Positions 10,740 through 23,935 of a stretch of DNA of 64,000 bases are shown here, in pieces. The notes under the pieces are model-generated. The model ran no database searches and was not told the origin of the DNA. It saw only the letters and a program-made list of their open reading frames with translations. Source of the stretch: Tetramitus jugosus. Its lineage: Eukaryota; Protista; Heterolobosea. The DNA is taken from NCBI GenBank assembly GCA_937625935.1, contig OW569349.1, positions 310,001 to 374,000 on the forward strand, in the 5' to 3' direction. The position numbers and the translations under genes were made by a program. The number at the start of each line of letters is the position of its first letter. Positions within the stretch are counted from its first letter, which is position 1.

Positions 10740-12361
10740 GGCTCTTTTCAGCAATAACTTTCTTGTTTCCGTTCTGGTTGCACTGTCAGCTGACCGCCTT
10801 TCCAACTTACAGTGCCAAACCGTAGATCTACCTGGTGTTTTGGATGGACTCCTAGACCACTCAGGCCATCACCTACCGACATAGCTTGAAAATTACAGAG
10901 AAGACAACATTGATACTTGGCCTTCTTGCTTTTTTTTAAATACAACAAATGGTGCTCACGCACCACGTTGCGGAACTTTTATTTTTCTTTTGCGTGAGAG
11001 CAGGCTTGCCTGCTCTCAATTGTCTAACATGATGTGGTGTTTGCTCAGTGGAGTGGCAGGCCTACGCAACAGGATTCATTCTCTTCTTGGAATGTTGTTT
11101 TGATCCCTTCTTCAGGGATTCGTTGCGAGGGCCTCCACTACCATCTGGAGCACCACTGGTGAGGTCAGATGGCTCCGTAGTCCTAGCCAACAGTGTCACC
11201 GACTCCAACATTGATGCTTGTTTTTTTTTAAATACAACCAATGGTTGCGCTGTTTATTCGTTGTTGTTTCTCTTCTACATGATGTAGCTGTTTATGACGG
11301 CAGAATGCCGTCACTGTTGCATTGTTTGTTGCTGGTGCTCGTAGAGCATCAGCAACCAGCCATCTCTTTGGAGCTTGTGAAGAGGCGAAGCATCACCTCA
11401 ATACATCTCCTCTTAGTTCATATCTTGAAATGTTCAACTTAACCTTTTGGTTGTTGTTTGACTTGCGGTTGTGGAACTATAGGCCAAACATGTGATTTCT
11501 GTTGGGTTTCAGTTGGGTTTCGCATATCTGGTGGCCCGTAAACGGCCTCATATGACACCTTTTTTACTATGGCCCGTACGAAAAGTCTTTCACCTAGAAG
11601 TGAAACACTGTAGACTGCTACTATGGCCCGTTCACGGGCCACCTATTTATCAACTTTTCTCTAGCCCGTTCACGGGCGGCCGAGAGTTGTTTTTTTATGG
11701 CCTAACAGTTGATTACTATGGCCCGTTCACCGGCGCTGTTTTTTTTCCGTGACTTCAAAGTTATCCCTGTACATTAGTACCGGCGGAGCTGCGACCCTGT
11801 TCTCGTGCTTTTCATTGCACTGAAGCATTTCTAGATCCAAGAGGATGTTCCTATAACGCAAAGCACTGATTCCGAAGTTGCCGTGAACTTTAACTAGCAC
11901 ACTGTGCTTAATCCACTTACCTTCTCTTGTCAGCTGTTTCCTCAGACTGATACCCATCTTGAAGAACTTCTTGGCCACATCATTTGGTTGAGACAAAGAG
12001 AGATTGCAACCAAGACAATCGACTTCATCACATCATATGAGATTGTTAAACAGTTACTGTGCATCCGCTCCGCACACCATCTGAGATATGTGTGCTTGAC
12101 CAACTCCAACCTATTGTTGGACTGAAAGACATTCTCCTTTTGGAATGTTTGCTGAAACTTGATCTCCTCAAGCGAGTCCAACATAAGTTTGTGAGCTTCG
12201 GTGTCACTCTTACATCTCACCATATCCTTGATGAACCAGGCGGTTCTCACAAGGATTGACTGCTCGATTTTGCGCAGACCAAATCCACCATTTTCACTTG
12301 AGACCTGCAACAAATCAGACGGGTACCGCCTCATAGCAACGGAGCCTTGTTTGATGCCAAG
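10740..12361 (-). mobile_element. Stack of at least 3 truncated/degenerate non-LTR retrotransposon copies upstream of tRNA-Gly
   Basis: ORFs 11942-12334 and 11727-11996 are homologous to the post-RT part of ORF 29221-32106. 10748-10900 is homologous to the C-terminal part of ORF 27819-29159. 11089-11189 is nearly identical to ~28477-28577. Poly(T) tracts at 10930 and 11221; target repeats at 10909, 11210 and 12362. Confidence 0.85.
11477..11734. repeat. Cluster of 5-7 degenerate palindromic repeats, consensus (ACTAT)GGCCCGTTCACGGGC
   Basis: Copies at ~11532, 11566, 11620, 11664 and 11715, with partial copies at 11477 and 11698. Confidence 0.75.
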
Positions 12362-12413
12362 ATTGATGCTTGGCCTTCTTGCATCTATTTTCAGACAAAA
12401 ACATTGATATCCA

Positions 12414-12484
12414 GCATCTGTAGTGTAGGGGTATCATGCAGCGTTGCCATCGCTGCGACCCGGGTTCGAATCCCGGCAGATGCA
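12414..12484 (+). tRNA. tRNA-Gly(GCC)
   Basis: Acceptor stem GCATCTG/CAGATGC+A, anticodon arm CAGCG-TTGCCAT-CGCTG, T arm CCGGG-TTCGAAT-CCCGG. Confidence 0.97.
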
Positions 12485-15442
12485 TTTCCGATTGGATTTT
12501 TGAAAGTTCTTTACAAAAACGCAGACTGTATCACCATGACCCAGCAACTAGCCGATGGAAATGGTGGTAGCACTGTGGTTAATGTCCTTTTCGAAGACTT
12601 TTTTCACCTAAACATACCTGCAACAAACATGCCGACAACCGTTGTCAACAAGGGTCCCATTTTCATGTCAATGCTGTCCATTAATGCTCCTGAAGTTTTT
12701 AAAAAATTCACATATTCCACCCACGTTGCTCTGATTTGATGACTTCGAAGAACAGCTGATGTTTATGTGATACCACCACATTAGATTTCAAACCGGCAAC
12801 AGTATAGTCGACATTCTGAAATCCAGGATATTGACGTAAACAGTTCTTGCGAGCACATAATTCGTCGAAAATGCAACGATATTTGAATCAAAATCAATCA
12901 ACAGCATCGTCTGAATAAAATGGCATTTTTGTCTGATCTATAGTACTTTCGTTGCTTGGCCGCTGGCTTATCAATTGGATGAATTGTACCATCAATTACG
13001 AAGAGGGAACTTGAACTCGAAGATGATGAGATATCACTGACTTGTTTGTTCGGAATCTGAGAGGAGAAGTCTTAGATCAGGGAGGGAACCGTTTCACAGT
13101 ACAAACTCTGATGAGAGTTGTGAGTACCGAGGATACTGGATCACCCAATAGAGAGTCATAATGACGCGAGTCTTAAAAGATGCACATAGTTTTTGTGCTT
13201 GTGAAGGGGAGCTTGATAAGCCTTCAAGTTGTTGACCAATTCAATTAGCTCATGATTGTTGATCCTGAAAAGCTGAATAGTCGTCCGGATGAACACAATC
13301 ATTTTTCGTACATTGAATGTTCGAAATTCAAAGATATAATCGAAGTGGATGGAGTTGGGGTGAGTTAGAGACAAAATCAAAAAAGCAGTGATGGCATCGT
13401 GCATGAACTACAAAAAGAATGAATCACTTGAGCAGCGTGTGATCTCCCTTGAATCAATTTCAATCAAATCAAGGATTCTTTAACCGAAGTGAAGGAGCAC
13501 CTGTGCTCTTTGATCGATCAAAATCATTAATAGCTGGCAACCTTCCATTTCAATTATCGTTTCATTCCACGAATAATTTGTTGCTCGCAACACAGCAAAA
13601 GCACCTTCTGAGAAAAGGCGTGAATAAAAGCTCTAGTGGGCGCTTTAGCGTTTTCTAAACTACTGAAGGTAGTCGTTGATAGTCCATTTCTATTTCATTG
13701 CGCGGTTTTTTCAATGCAGTATTTTTCAAATAGTTCTTCGCCTATAGGAATGTTTTGCTCAGAAGAAGTAAGATTTGAGTGACATGATGAAGACGAAATT
13801 CTTGAAGACAAGAGGATCAAGAATCGCCCTGATGAAGGATATGAATGATCGATTCATCACAATACCTTGAAAGTTGAATCGTTCAATGATCATCAATCTA
13901 TTTCATATCAATTACAACATGGTGTGTCCAAAGATCAAAAAACAATTGCTTGTATGATGTACAACATAGATAGTATGGTGACTATTTAGAATTAAGAAAA
14001 CAAAACTTTGTTGAAAATCAGATGGATGTATTCTCGGAGAAAAAAATTCTATCAACTTTGAAATTTCCATTTTTTGGACTTGATCCGACCAATTATTTCT
14101 CCGAGAATACCGGAAAAACACATGTTTGTCGATACAAAATCGAGAGACGGCATGGACTGGACGCTGCAGAGATTCATTCTCATTAAAGAGAGTACTCAGT
14201 TCGATTCGCAGGGCAGCAAAATAAGGGACTCAAAAAACTTGAAAAGGATCTCCCCATACAAACCAGTCGTTGCTAGCTTGGTGGCCCTTAATAAAAGGTC
14301 CATGGTTTTCTACAGGCGAAGTTTTAATTCTTGATTTTGGTCATCAGGATCGAAACAACAAAAACGCGAAAGTTATCGGAAGTGGATAAAGTTTGGAGAG
14401 TCTGTGCGATCGAGTATTCGCTATTTTTTTCGAACATATTCTGGTTGTATCCTGAATGTGCCGATCGTTTTCATCATAAATTATTGGATTTAAGACACAT
14501 TAGTCAACAAACTACCTTTGATAAAATTTCTGTTTATGAATAAATGATTGTATTCGATTAGTAGTTGTTCATCGCTACTCTTTTGATCGGTCAAGCTGTA
14601 AAAACATATTGTCGCGAATTTTATTTTAATTTGGTTGTGGACATCTATGCCAATTGTTAGTACCATTCTGAGTCAAAAAATTGGCATGAAGTCGTAAGGG
14701 ATATCATTATTATTGTTCAATGTCGTATTAAGACAGAAGAATATAATACCAACATACATGAATATCCTGGATCAACTCGTATGTAAGTATGTGAATTGAA
14801 GCTAGTGAAGAACATTAAGTACATTTTCCGTTCTTCCACATCTTGAATCTTGCGTGTGTCCTCACAAGAAGAAGGGGGAGAAACTTAGATGACTGTTCAA
14901 TTACTCCACAGGAGTGTGTTTGTGTAATTGTTGAACAGACCATATGCGGGGATCACCCTTTGTCTCCAATTGATCAGTGGAGATGCTAGAATGGTCAAAT
15001 TTGCCAATTAACCACAAACAATATTGCTTGTGTCTCCATCAACTCTGAAAACTTTCTTGAGAATGTGGAATGTCTTGACCATAATTAGTTGTTCGACGGA
15101 CTTCGTCAACAAATCACAGGGTTCACCAACGAACTGAAGAACGAGGAATAAGAGGGCAACAAAGTAGTACATGTATCGGAACAAGACATTGTATCAGCGG
15201 TCTTAAGATGTATTCACTTCCCGGAATTTCACTCTTGGAAACAACCTATTCAAGTTGATGTTACTGAAGGATGTACCTTCCCAGATCATTCTCATGGACG
15301 GAACCATTGAGATCACAACTGTTCTTTTTTAAGTCTTCGCATGTGGGATCCCTTTTCACAACAACCGCAAATAACAAGTGTTCCAAATGAGCATCTTCCA
15401 CCAATTCAGGTGTAGGAAAGATGATTTGAATTGCCTCACAAC

Positions 15443-17653
15443 TTATTGTGTCCTAAATGACTCCTTGAAAAGCATGTTGGAAGCTCCTGTTGTTGAACTA
15501 ACTGCTCGGTCTGACAGAACAAAAATTTTAGTGAGTAGTTTCTCTAAGCGTGAAGGAAGAGTTGGGTAGTGTGTTTTGAAAGGCGGACTACTATACACAG
15601 TATTCGCAATATCAATCAGCGCTTTTTCAAATGACTCATATGTCAAAGTATCTTCCTTCTTGGGAAAGAATTTGGATTCATCTTGGGCTAGAGCTCTGGA
15701 GGAGTAGATAGCTGCTAGGTCTTTTTTAGTTATAAATCTTAAGATGCCATTCTCTTGACAAAGTTCCATCAAACTCTTCATGGACATTCCACAGTCAGAT
15801 GTACTAAATCCTGAATTGTTAGTTTTTAGGTTGATCGAGTTTTTCAACACTCGACCTCTCTTAATCGTTGCAAACTTTCTAAACAGTACTTGCAATTCCT
15901 TCTTAAATTTTCTCAATATCCGGTCTACCATTCCCTTCATATCATCATCGGAAAATTCTGCATTGGTGTTGGAGGAAATGATTGCCCCTCCTTTAGTTAA
16001 TTGATTTGACTCTTCTTGTAATTGGGCAGTTTCAAGTAGTGGAGTTAAGTTAGGTACTACATGAGATAGGAGGAATGATTCTACTTTTTGAGCCTCTGAG
16101 TATGAAGGAGACTTTTTGTATACCCTATTGGCGATTAGAACGATAGCCCTCTCGAAGTGTTTTTCAGCAAGTTCTTTTCCGTTCGCTTCGCTGGCGTGGT
16201 TGGATTTTACAAGATCGCACTCCCTTAAGATCTTAGTCCACATGAGTTCATAGGAAGTTTCCTTTAACGCGACTGACAGACCACAATCCCTGTAAAATTT
16301 CATGAATTGAGTCTTGTTGAGTGAAGCCCTCCCTTTAGTGTAACCTCCGTAAATCTTGCAATAAAAGTTGTAGATGTCGAGGAGAATTGGTCTGTAAGTC
16401 TCAATCACATAAAAAGGATCTCTAGACATTCTCTTAGGATCAATGGGAGGGGTCTTTGGAATAAGAGAGAACTTCCTTTCTCCCTCCACTTCCAAATGAA
16501 AATTCTCTATCTTCTCCTCTTCTTGCGATTGCGATACCAATTCCTTTTCTCTCTCTAACTCGGAATTCAAGAGATTGTCCTCTGTCTTACTAGTCTTGTC
16601 CTTATTCTCAGCTTTTCGTTCCGTGAGATGTCTCTTTCTGATTTGTTCAATCCTCGAGTTGGATTTTGGTGATTCACTACCATCGCCGGATTCAGAGAAG
16701 ATACTCAATTTTCCACTTGACTGAGGTTGAGATGAATTCTCATGTGTATTGAGAGTGGGAACTTCGATTTGCCTCTTTTGTAACTGACCTAATGATATTG
16801 TACACCGAGGAGGCTCATTTGTGTCTATCATAAGAGCCTGTGGCTCGTCGGTATTGATAATTTCCTCTACTTGGGAATCTGATGAAGACATTGCAGGGAT
16901 ACTCGATGTGTTTCTGGGAGTCTTAAAAGGGTTAATCGGTGTTGTTACTTGATTCTTGTACCCCAACTTTGGACCCATGGTTGCTTCTTGAGTAAATAAT
17001 CGAGATGTACTATTCTGCCTAATCGTCCCGATGGGAGAAAAAATTCTCTTATCTTCTAGATATCGTTCGTTGCTTTGTTGGATAAAGTTGTCCAACTTCT
17101 TTTCAAGAAACGAAACTCGATTTAGGAAATAATTTTCCTGGTTTTGAAACTCTGACCTCGTGACCTTATCTGAGATCAACCAATCGTTAGAAAATTTGTG
17201 AAATTCATTGTGAAGTAAGGAAACCAAACCTAATTGAATCTTACTTTGTTCTTCAGTTGTTTTCTTGATGTCAGAAACCTGGGCCGATATCAACTTCTTC
17301 ATAATCTTCATTTGATTGTTCAAATGTCCACATACATCCTCTAAGATACGAATCCTTAAGAATGCTTCATTTAGGGTCGTCCCTCCCTCTAATTCATCCT
17401 CCTGTATCTCGTTATGGATTCTTTCCCGACGAATAGGATGTATCTTTTGCCCATGAGGTTCAGTAGAGCTCTCGAAATCTCCCTTACTTTCACTAGTCAT
17501 TGACTCCTCCATTAATTGCTTGTAGCAGATGTATGGTGTGTATTCTCCCTCGTCTCCATTCGGGTCGTCTTGTTTAGTAATCGATTGCTCAGTGTTACCT
17601 CCACCCTCTTGTGAAGAGTAACTTGGTTTTTGAGTATAAATGATTCTACCCAT
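15443..17653 (-). CDS. Uncharacterised 736-aa protein: coiled-coil N-terminus, C-terminal EF-hand/p25-alpha-like helical repeats
   Basis: Long ORF with two similar helical modules (IYNFYC...LNKTQFMKFYRDCG; LFRKFA...MSMKSLMELCQENG...LTYESFEKAL). Confidence 0.55.
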   Translation of the reverse strand: MGRIIYTQKPSYSSQEGGGNTEQSITKQDDPNGDEGEYTPYICYKQLMEESMTSESKGDFESSTEPHGQKIHPIRRERIHNEIQEDELEGGTTLNEAFLRIRILEDVCGHLNNQMKIMKKLISAQVSDIKKTTEEQSKIQLGLVSLLHNEFHKFSNDWLISDKVTRSEFQNQENYFLNRVSFLEKKLDNFIQQSNERYLEDKRIFSPIGTIRQNSTSRLFTQEATMGPKLGYKNQVTTPINPFKTPRNTSSIPAMSSSDSQVEEIINTDEPQALMIDTNEPPRCTISLGQLQKRQIEVPTLNTHENSSQPQSSGKLSIFSESGDGSESPKSNSRIEQIRKRHLTERKAENKDKTSKTEDNLLNSELEREKELVSQSQEEEKIENFHLEVEGERKFSLIPKTPPIDPKRMSRDPFYVIETYRPILLDIYNFYCKIYGGYTKGRASLNKTQFMKFYRDCGLSVALKETSYELMWTKILRECDLVKSNHASEANGKELAEKHFERAIVLIANRVYKKSPSYSEAQKVESFLLSHVVPNLTPLLETAQLQEESNQLTKGGAIISSNTNAEFSDDDMKGMVDRILRKFKKELQVLFRKFATIKRGRVLKNSINLKTNNSGFSTSDCGMSMKSLMELCQENGILRFITKKDLAAIYSSRALAQDESKFFPKKEDTLTYESFEKALIDIANTVYSSPPFKTHYPTLPSRLEKLLTKIFVLSDRAVSSTTGASNMLFKESFRTQ

Positions 17654-17755
17654 GTCAGAGGTGAGGTTAGCTTTTGTCCTTTTTCAACGTGGCGCCAAAT
17701 CTCGTTTACAAGCAACAATTTGATCAAAAATTTGGCCACAGCACACTTGTGAAGA

Positions 17756-18985
17756 ATGCCCTCCACAGTAAATAGCTCCACAGGAGATATAAAGAACAAT
17801 ATCGAGAAACTCAAATCTCAATTAAAATCAATTCATTACTCTGGAGTGTTTGACTTGGATGGGTATGCTTTCTTAACTGTATTTACTCCCAACTTTCTGA
17901 CTTAAACTTCTTGCTTCCATACTAGACTAATAGCTGGAAGAACGGAAACATATCTTCCATTGCTCAGCTACACTCTTGCTCACTTTAGTCGGTACTTATC
18001 AACCTTCTATGTGGAGAGAGGGTATGAATTCCGCCACAAGTCAGATTTAAAATTTGTTCAAACGGTGTACAAATTATTGTTGAATGAATTTCAATTCCGG
18101 CCTTCGATATCAACTACTATGTTCCTTTCGACAGGGTATGCAGAGAGGAAATTAATAATGCTTTGTCAAGTCATTCATCTCTGTAAGAAGAAACACAATG
18201 AGTTGTGCAGAGAAGCCAAAGAAAACTCGCCCAAGGTAATGTCATCTGAGACATCAGCTCGTTTATCACAAATTCCAGACAGGTATAGAACAACAGATGG
18301 CAACGAAGAAATGAGGTTATCTAGAACAAAATCACCAGGGAAGAAGAGCACGAGAAGGTCAACACCTAACAAAGAGGAATTATCAGATAGAGAGGAGGTT
18401 TTGGTACCAGATGTCTCAGATGAAGATAGGAAGAATGTTCGAGTGATGAAAGCCACTCCGTTGGAGAATGAAAACTCCAGCCAGGAGATGATTCATGAAA
18501 GAGGTAGCGAACACAGTGTCCACGATGAAGAACGAACCGAATTAATAGAATGTATATTTGAACAAATGAGATCTCAATTTCAATTATTTGAGAAGAAGAT
18601 CGATGGTAGGTTATTAAATATTGAAGAGAGTATTCATAAACTTCGAATGAAAGTCGAAAACATGGAATCGAGTCAATCACCTGAAGTTAACAATCATACC
18701 GAAGCCAAGTACAATGAGAAGAGGGAAGAAGATGATAAAAAGAGCAACAATACGGACGAACGACTGCTTGAGAGAAGAACTATCAGAGAAACGAACAGTC
18801 AAAGTTCTGAAGAGCCACCTGTCGATCGAACGATGCCAATGCGATATGTGACAGCATATAAGCCGCCACCTCAGAACAATGACACTCGGGCGTTCATTCA
18901 AGCGATAACTGAGAGAACAAGACAAACCAACAATTTCCTTGAAGAGATTCGAAATAAATACCAACAGGGCAACCTGACAAGCTAA
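17756..18985 (+). CDS. CEP44: Centrosomal protein CEP44, intron ~17863-17925
   Basis: Exon 1 encodes STGDIKNNIEKL; exon 2 LPLLSYTL...KSDLKFVQTVYKLL..EF.FRP......FL..GYAERK matches the CEP44 N-terminal domain. Confidence 0.8.
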
Positions 18986-19250
18986 ACGTTGTTCCGAGCA
19001 AGACTACCCACTCCGAAAAATATATCCCAGGCACAATCTGTTCCATCACCACAGAAGCATTCTCTCCAATCATCATGTTCATATACCTCACACAACAAGT
19101 CCAATGGTCTTCAAAATATTGTACTCGTCCTAGGATTGTATCATATTACTTTATTTTCAATCTTGTTTTCACCGGAGAATTGTAATTCTCTCGAGTTCAT
19201 GAGAGGTGGAAAAATGGAGCAGAGTGAACATATAACAAAATAATGTTGTA

Positions 19251-19574
19251 TTATTGAACATTGCATCCTCCATGCTCGCTACTACGTTGAGGTGTTTCCA
19301 ACAAGTTCATTTGAGAAATAAAGACCATAATCCACCTGTGAAAAAAAACGAAAGCGTTGTTAGCAAACATCAACTCAAATTGAATGACCATCAAAAAAGG
19401 GTCATAATCTTTAACTTACATTGACCAAGTGCAAACAGCGGTTGTGAGAGTCATCATTCGGATGAGAGGTCCTTGCTTTCCACATAGAACAGTAAATGGA
19501 AGAATGACAATAGCCAATCCCCAGAAAATACAAGTTCCGATAATCAATGTCCTAGCGTCTGTGCTCAATGCCAT
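19251..19574 (-). CDS. V-type ATPase subunit e (Vma9/ATP6V0E-like), intron ~19419-19336
   Basis: Spliced product MALSTDAR...LTTAVCTWSMWIMVFISQMNLL..P has two TM helices and the typical C.W.MW.....SQ.N motif. Confidence 0.8.
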
Positions 19575-20087
19575 TGTTCGTTTGTGCGTTTCTTGTGTGT
19601 GTTTTTTTTGTAAGGAAGATTTTTGCGAGCCTTCCAATCGGTGAAAATTCTGTTTCTCCTCCAGAAGATACTTTATTATTCCGCCCAAAATGGAGCTTAC
19701 AAAACAGACTGGTTTGTGATCTACACAGCCAGCACATGTTCTATTTCTGAACGAGGAAGAAGATCGACTTCATGGTTTCTCCAGCATACAGAGTACATTT
19801 CGTTAGACCAAAGATTTAAAGGTGATTGTCTCTTCCTTACAATTTCTTTCTGCACGCTCAAAAAACATCAGCACAATTACCACAAGAGAACTCTCACCAG
19901 AGAACAATTGGTGGAACTTGATCCAACAACAAAAAAAGCCGTCCTCAAAAGTTTTTTCCACCAAAAAAAAGATTATTCAACAACACACTCACATATCAAT
20001 CAGCGTTTTTTTGTTTTCAATTGTTGTTCACAACGCCAGTCACTCGACACACTTAACAAGTTTATAGCAAGCAAAACAAAGAAAAAC

Positions 20088-23000
20088 ATGGCTCAAAGAG
20101 ACCAACCAATGCCTGGTGATAATGTCGTTGGTGATGACGAGCATCTTCACAGCAACAACAACAATAATGATGAGGCAATTATTCAACAACATCCACAATC
20201 TCTGCAGAATACTACATTTGATAACCAAATGGACAATGATGACGAGGCATTGTATGATAACGATGATCAATTGCCTATTCGAACTGTTCAACCAGCACAG
20301 CAACCTCAGTACTATCACAATGACAATCCATCATTGTCTGAAGGTGACGACGACGATGATGACGATGATGATGAAGACTCGTATTATCCAGCTCAATACA
20401 ATCAACAGAGACAGCAACAATACAATGTTCAGAATACGAACAGAACCAATCAACAAGCAATGGCACAGTTGCAAGAACAGCAGAAGCAGAGAGAAGAAGA
20501 GGAAGAAGCCAGAAAATATTATGGTAGGTTTGCAATCCTTTTTTAGACATTGTCTGATAACGAACAGTAGAACAACGCCAACTCACTCTGTCCATCTTTT
20601 TTTGTTGTGTTTCTGATTCAATTTTTTTTTTCGCATATCAAAGAACCTATCGAGGAGGATAATGGTGAAGATTGCGTCTATTTCGTAAAGACCATGGATG
20701 AAAACACGGAGAAACTGAGATGGCGTGTTAGAAATTTGAGTCACATCAAACAAAAGCTCTACAGTCCAGAATTTGAGGCCTGTGGTGGTAGATGGAGAAT
20801 TCTCTTGTTCCCCAATGGAAACAATGTCAATTCAGTGAGCATTTATTTGGATGTGGCTGATGCGAAAACAATGGAGAATGGATGGACACGTTATGCACGA
20901 TTCCAATTGTCTATGCTGAACCAATTTGATATTGCTAAGACTCATGGACAAGGTTAGTTTTTTTTCTATTGTTTTTGTGTATGTTGCAAGGAAGGAATTT
21001 TTACTGACAGGTCTGTCAAACCATTTTAATAGATGCTGAGAAGCGATTCAATGCACAGGAGACTGACTGGGGCTTCAGAGAGTTTGTTCCTCTGTCAAAG
21101 TTCAGAAATCCATCATTGGGATTTATTGTTGATGATTCATGCGTGATTGAAGCTGTTATCCACGTGTCTCATGACCCTTATCTCTCTAATCCTCACAATT
21201 ACAATTCAAAGAGAGAAACTGGATTTATTGGATTTAAGAATCAGGGTGCTACTTGCTACATGAATTCATTGTTGCAAACATTGTATCATATTGCTTATTT
21301 CAGAAAAGCTGTGTATCAAATGCCAACAGAGGAGGAGAAACCAGCTTCCTCTATTCCTTTGGCACTGCAGAGAGTCTTCCACAAATTACAATATGATTCT
21401 ATTGCAGTGGACACCAAGGAGTTGACTCGATCATTCGGATGGGACACTATCGATTCATTTTTGCAGCATGACGTGCAAGAGTTGGCCAGAGTTTTGATGG
21501 ATAACTTGGAGAAGAAGATGGAGAACACTCCATCCAAAGGTACCATGAAGGACCTGTTTGAAGGTGTCTGCAAAAACTATATCAAGTGTATCAATGTTGA
21601 GTATGAGTCATCTCGTAAGGAAACATATTTAGATCTTCAATTGAATGTCAAAGGATGCAAGGATGTAATGCAATCGTTTGAACAGTATATCGAAGTTGAA
21701 ACATTGGAGGGCGAGAATCAATACCAGGCTGAGGGTCATGGCCTCCAAGATGCAAAGAAGGGAAGCATTTTCTTGTCGTTCCCTCCAGTTTTGATGCTTC
21801 ATCTGAAGAGATTCGAGTATGACATTCAACGTGATGTAATGTACAAGATTAATGATCGATATGAGTTCCCATTGGAAATGGATCTCACGAGGTTTTTAGA
21901 TCCTAGCAGCGATAGTATTCACGAGGATAACACATACTGTTTGTTCAGTATTCTTGTTCATAGTGGTGATGTAAGCGGAGGTCATTATTATGCCTACATT
22001 AAGCCATATCACGACACTGACAATTGGTTCAAGTTTGATGACGAGAAGGTTTATGGTGTAAGAAAGCACGACGCTATCGATGAGTCATTCGGAGGTGGAG
22101 AAGAGAAGAAGACAAAGTACTTTTGGCTCAACTCCTCCGGCAACAGTATTTACAAGAGATTTACTAATGCTTATATGTTAGTCTACATCCATAAGTCGAG
22201 AATACATGAGATTTTGAAAAGAGTTGAGCTTCAGGATGTACCACCTCATTTGACCACTCGTTTTGAAGAAGAGAAGGAACAAAAAGAAAAGGACAAGCGT
22301 GACAAAGCAGAAGCATGGAAGTTCTGTAGTGTTAAAATTTCAACTGACGAAGATTTGCGTAACTACCAAGGAGTGGATTTGTTGAAGTTAAGTTCATTGG
22401 AGTCCATAAGAATTCTTAAAGATGCACCTGTTTCAGAATTGAAGAAGATTGTACAAGAAAAGTACGGCGTTGTTCCAGAGAAACAAAGATTTTGGAGATG
22501 GGAGAGAAGACAAAACAAAACAAACAGACCTGATCATCCGTTTGATCTGACACGCGAGCACCAAATTCCAGTCGAAAAATTGTTTACTCATAATTCTTCT
22601 GAAGTTGTCTTGCATCTCGAAGTATCAAAAGCACCAGAAGATGAGCCTTCATTCAAGCAAATCACCAAAAGGGATCTGCTTCTCTTTGTCAAATTCTATG
22701 ATCCAGAGGCTCGCAAAATTTCTTATGTCGGATCCATGATATTCCAAAAAGAAATGACTGTGCCTGATGTCATGAAAGATATGAAACAGTTAGCAGGACT
22801 GCCTGAAGATGAATCTATCGTCCTTTACGAAGAAATCAGACCTGATATGATCGAACCTATTCCTGACGATTCCACTCTGAAGAAGGCAGAGTTAATACAC
22901 GGTGATATTGTGATTATCCAGAAACAATTAACTCCTGCTGATGAAGGCAAGTACGAATATCCAACACCAGTAGCCTACTTTGAATACTTGAACCAGCGTG

Positions 23001-23935
23001 TCGATATTGAAGTGAGCAAGTTGGAAGAGCCAGATAAGGTTCAATTTAATGTAGAACTGCTCAAAACATATTCGTTCGAGAAAGTGGCGACTGAATTGGC
23101 CAAGCACTTGAATACTGAACCCCAATTCATTCGCTTAACCGGTAATAATCCATATGGAAGCCATCCAGTTCGTCCATCTCCTTTCAGAAGCACTGAGGTG
23201 AGAACTTTGAAGGATATGCTTGTTTCTCAACAACAAATAACATCCAAGCTGTATTATGAGATTCTGGATGTTCCTCTGACCGAAGTTGAAAACAAGAAGG
23301 AAGTCTTTGTATCATGGTTCAATAACAAGGTGGAAATTGTGGAACGATTCAAGATTTTGCTTCCAAAAGACTCCACAGTTTCTGACTTAAAGAAAGCACT
23401 TGTCGATAAGATTGGTGACAGAACTGATTACCCGATCGAGCAGTTGTCATCCATCCGTATCTCTACTGTTCACAATAACAAATACAGTCGAATCTGGCCT
23501 GATCAGGAACCGATTGACAAAATGAATTCGATTATGACACCAGAGCTCAGAGCTGAGTTGGTAGATCCGATGGAATTGACAGCTTCTCACATTGTGCAAG
23601 TGCAACACTTTTGTAAGGATGGTATGGGAATTCGTACATTTGGTCATCCATTCCTGTTGGTCATCAACGAGGAGGAAACTGTTGGCCAGGTTAAGAGTCG
23701 CATCCAAGCCAAATTACAAATCAAGGACGAAGATTACAAAAAGTACAAATTTGCTCCTTTGAGTGGAATTCATCAACACTCTCACTTGGTTGACGATGAT
23801 GTAAAGTTTGTGGAGGCACTGCAGAACAAGCAAACGATTCAAGGAATGGAAACAACACTTGGTCTCGAGCACAAGGATCCAACACCGCGCAACCATTCAC
23901 GATATTATGACAAGGCAATTGTCATCAAGAACTAA
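20088..23935 (+). CDS. USP7: Ubiquitin C-terminal hydrolase USP7/UBP12-13-like (MATH + USP + UBL repeats), 2 introns
   Basis: MATH domain (WRILLFPNGN, DWGFREF), Cys box GFKNQGATCYMNS, His box VHSGDVSGGHYY, QHDVQE. Confidence 0.93.

Noticed and set aside
11477-11734. CRISPR array
   Set aside because: Repeats are short and degenerate, spacing is irregular, the context is eukaryotic and there are no cas genes; kept only as an unexplained repeat cluster
12367-12373. Sequence-specific target GCTTGG shared by both tRNA-upstream sites
   Set aside because: Only two sites and a 6-mer, at different offsets within the TSDs; position-based targeting explains the data without it
19623-20087. Upstream extension of the 307-aa ORF
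   Set aside because: Non-ATG start running through the divergent promoter/leader; USP7-like coding sequence plausibly begins at ATG 20088
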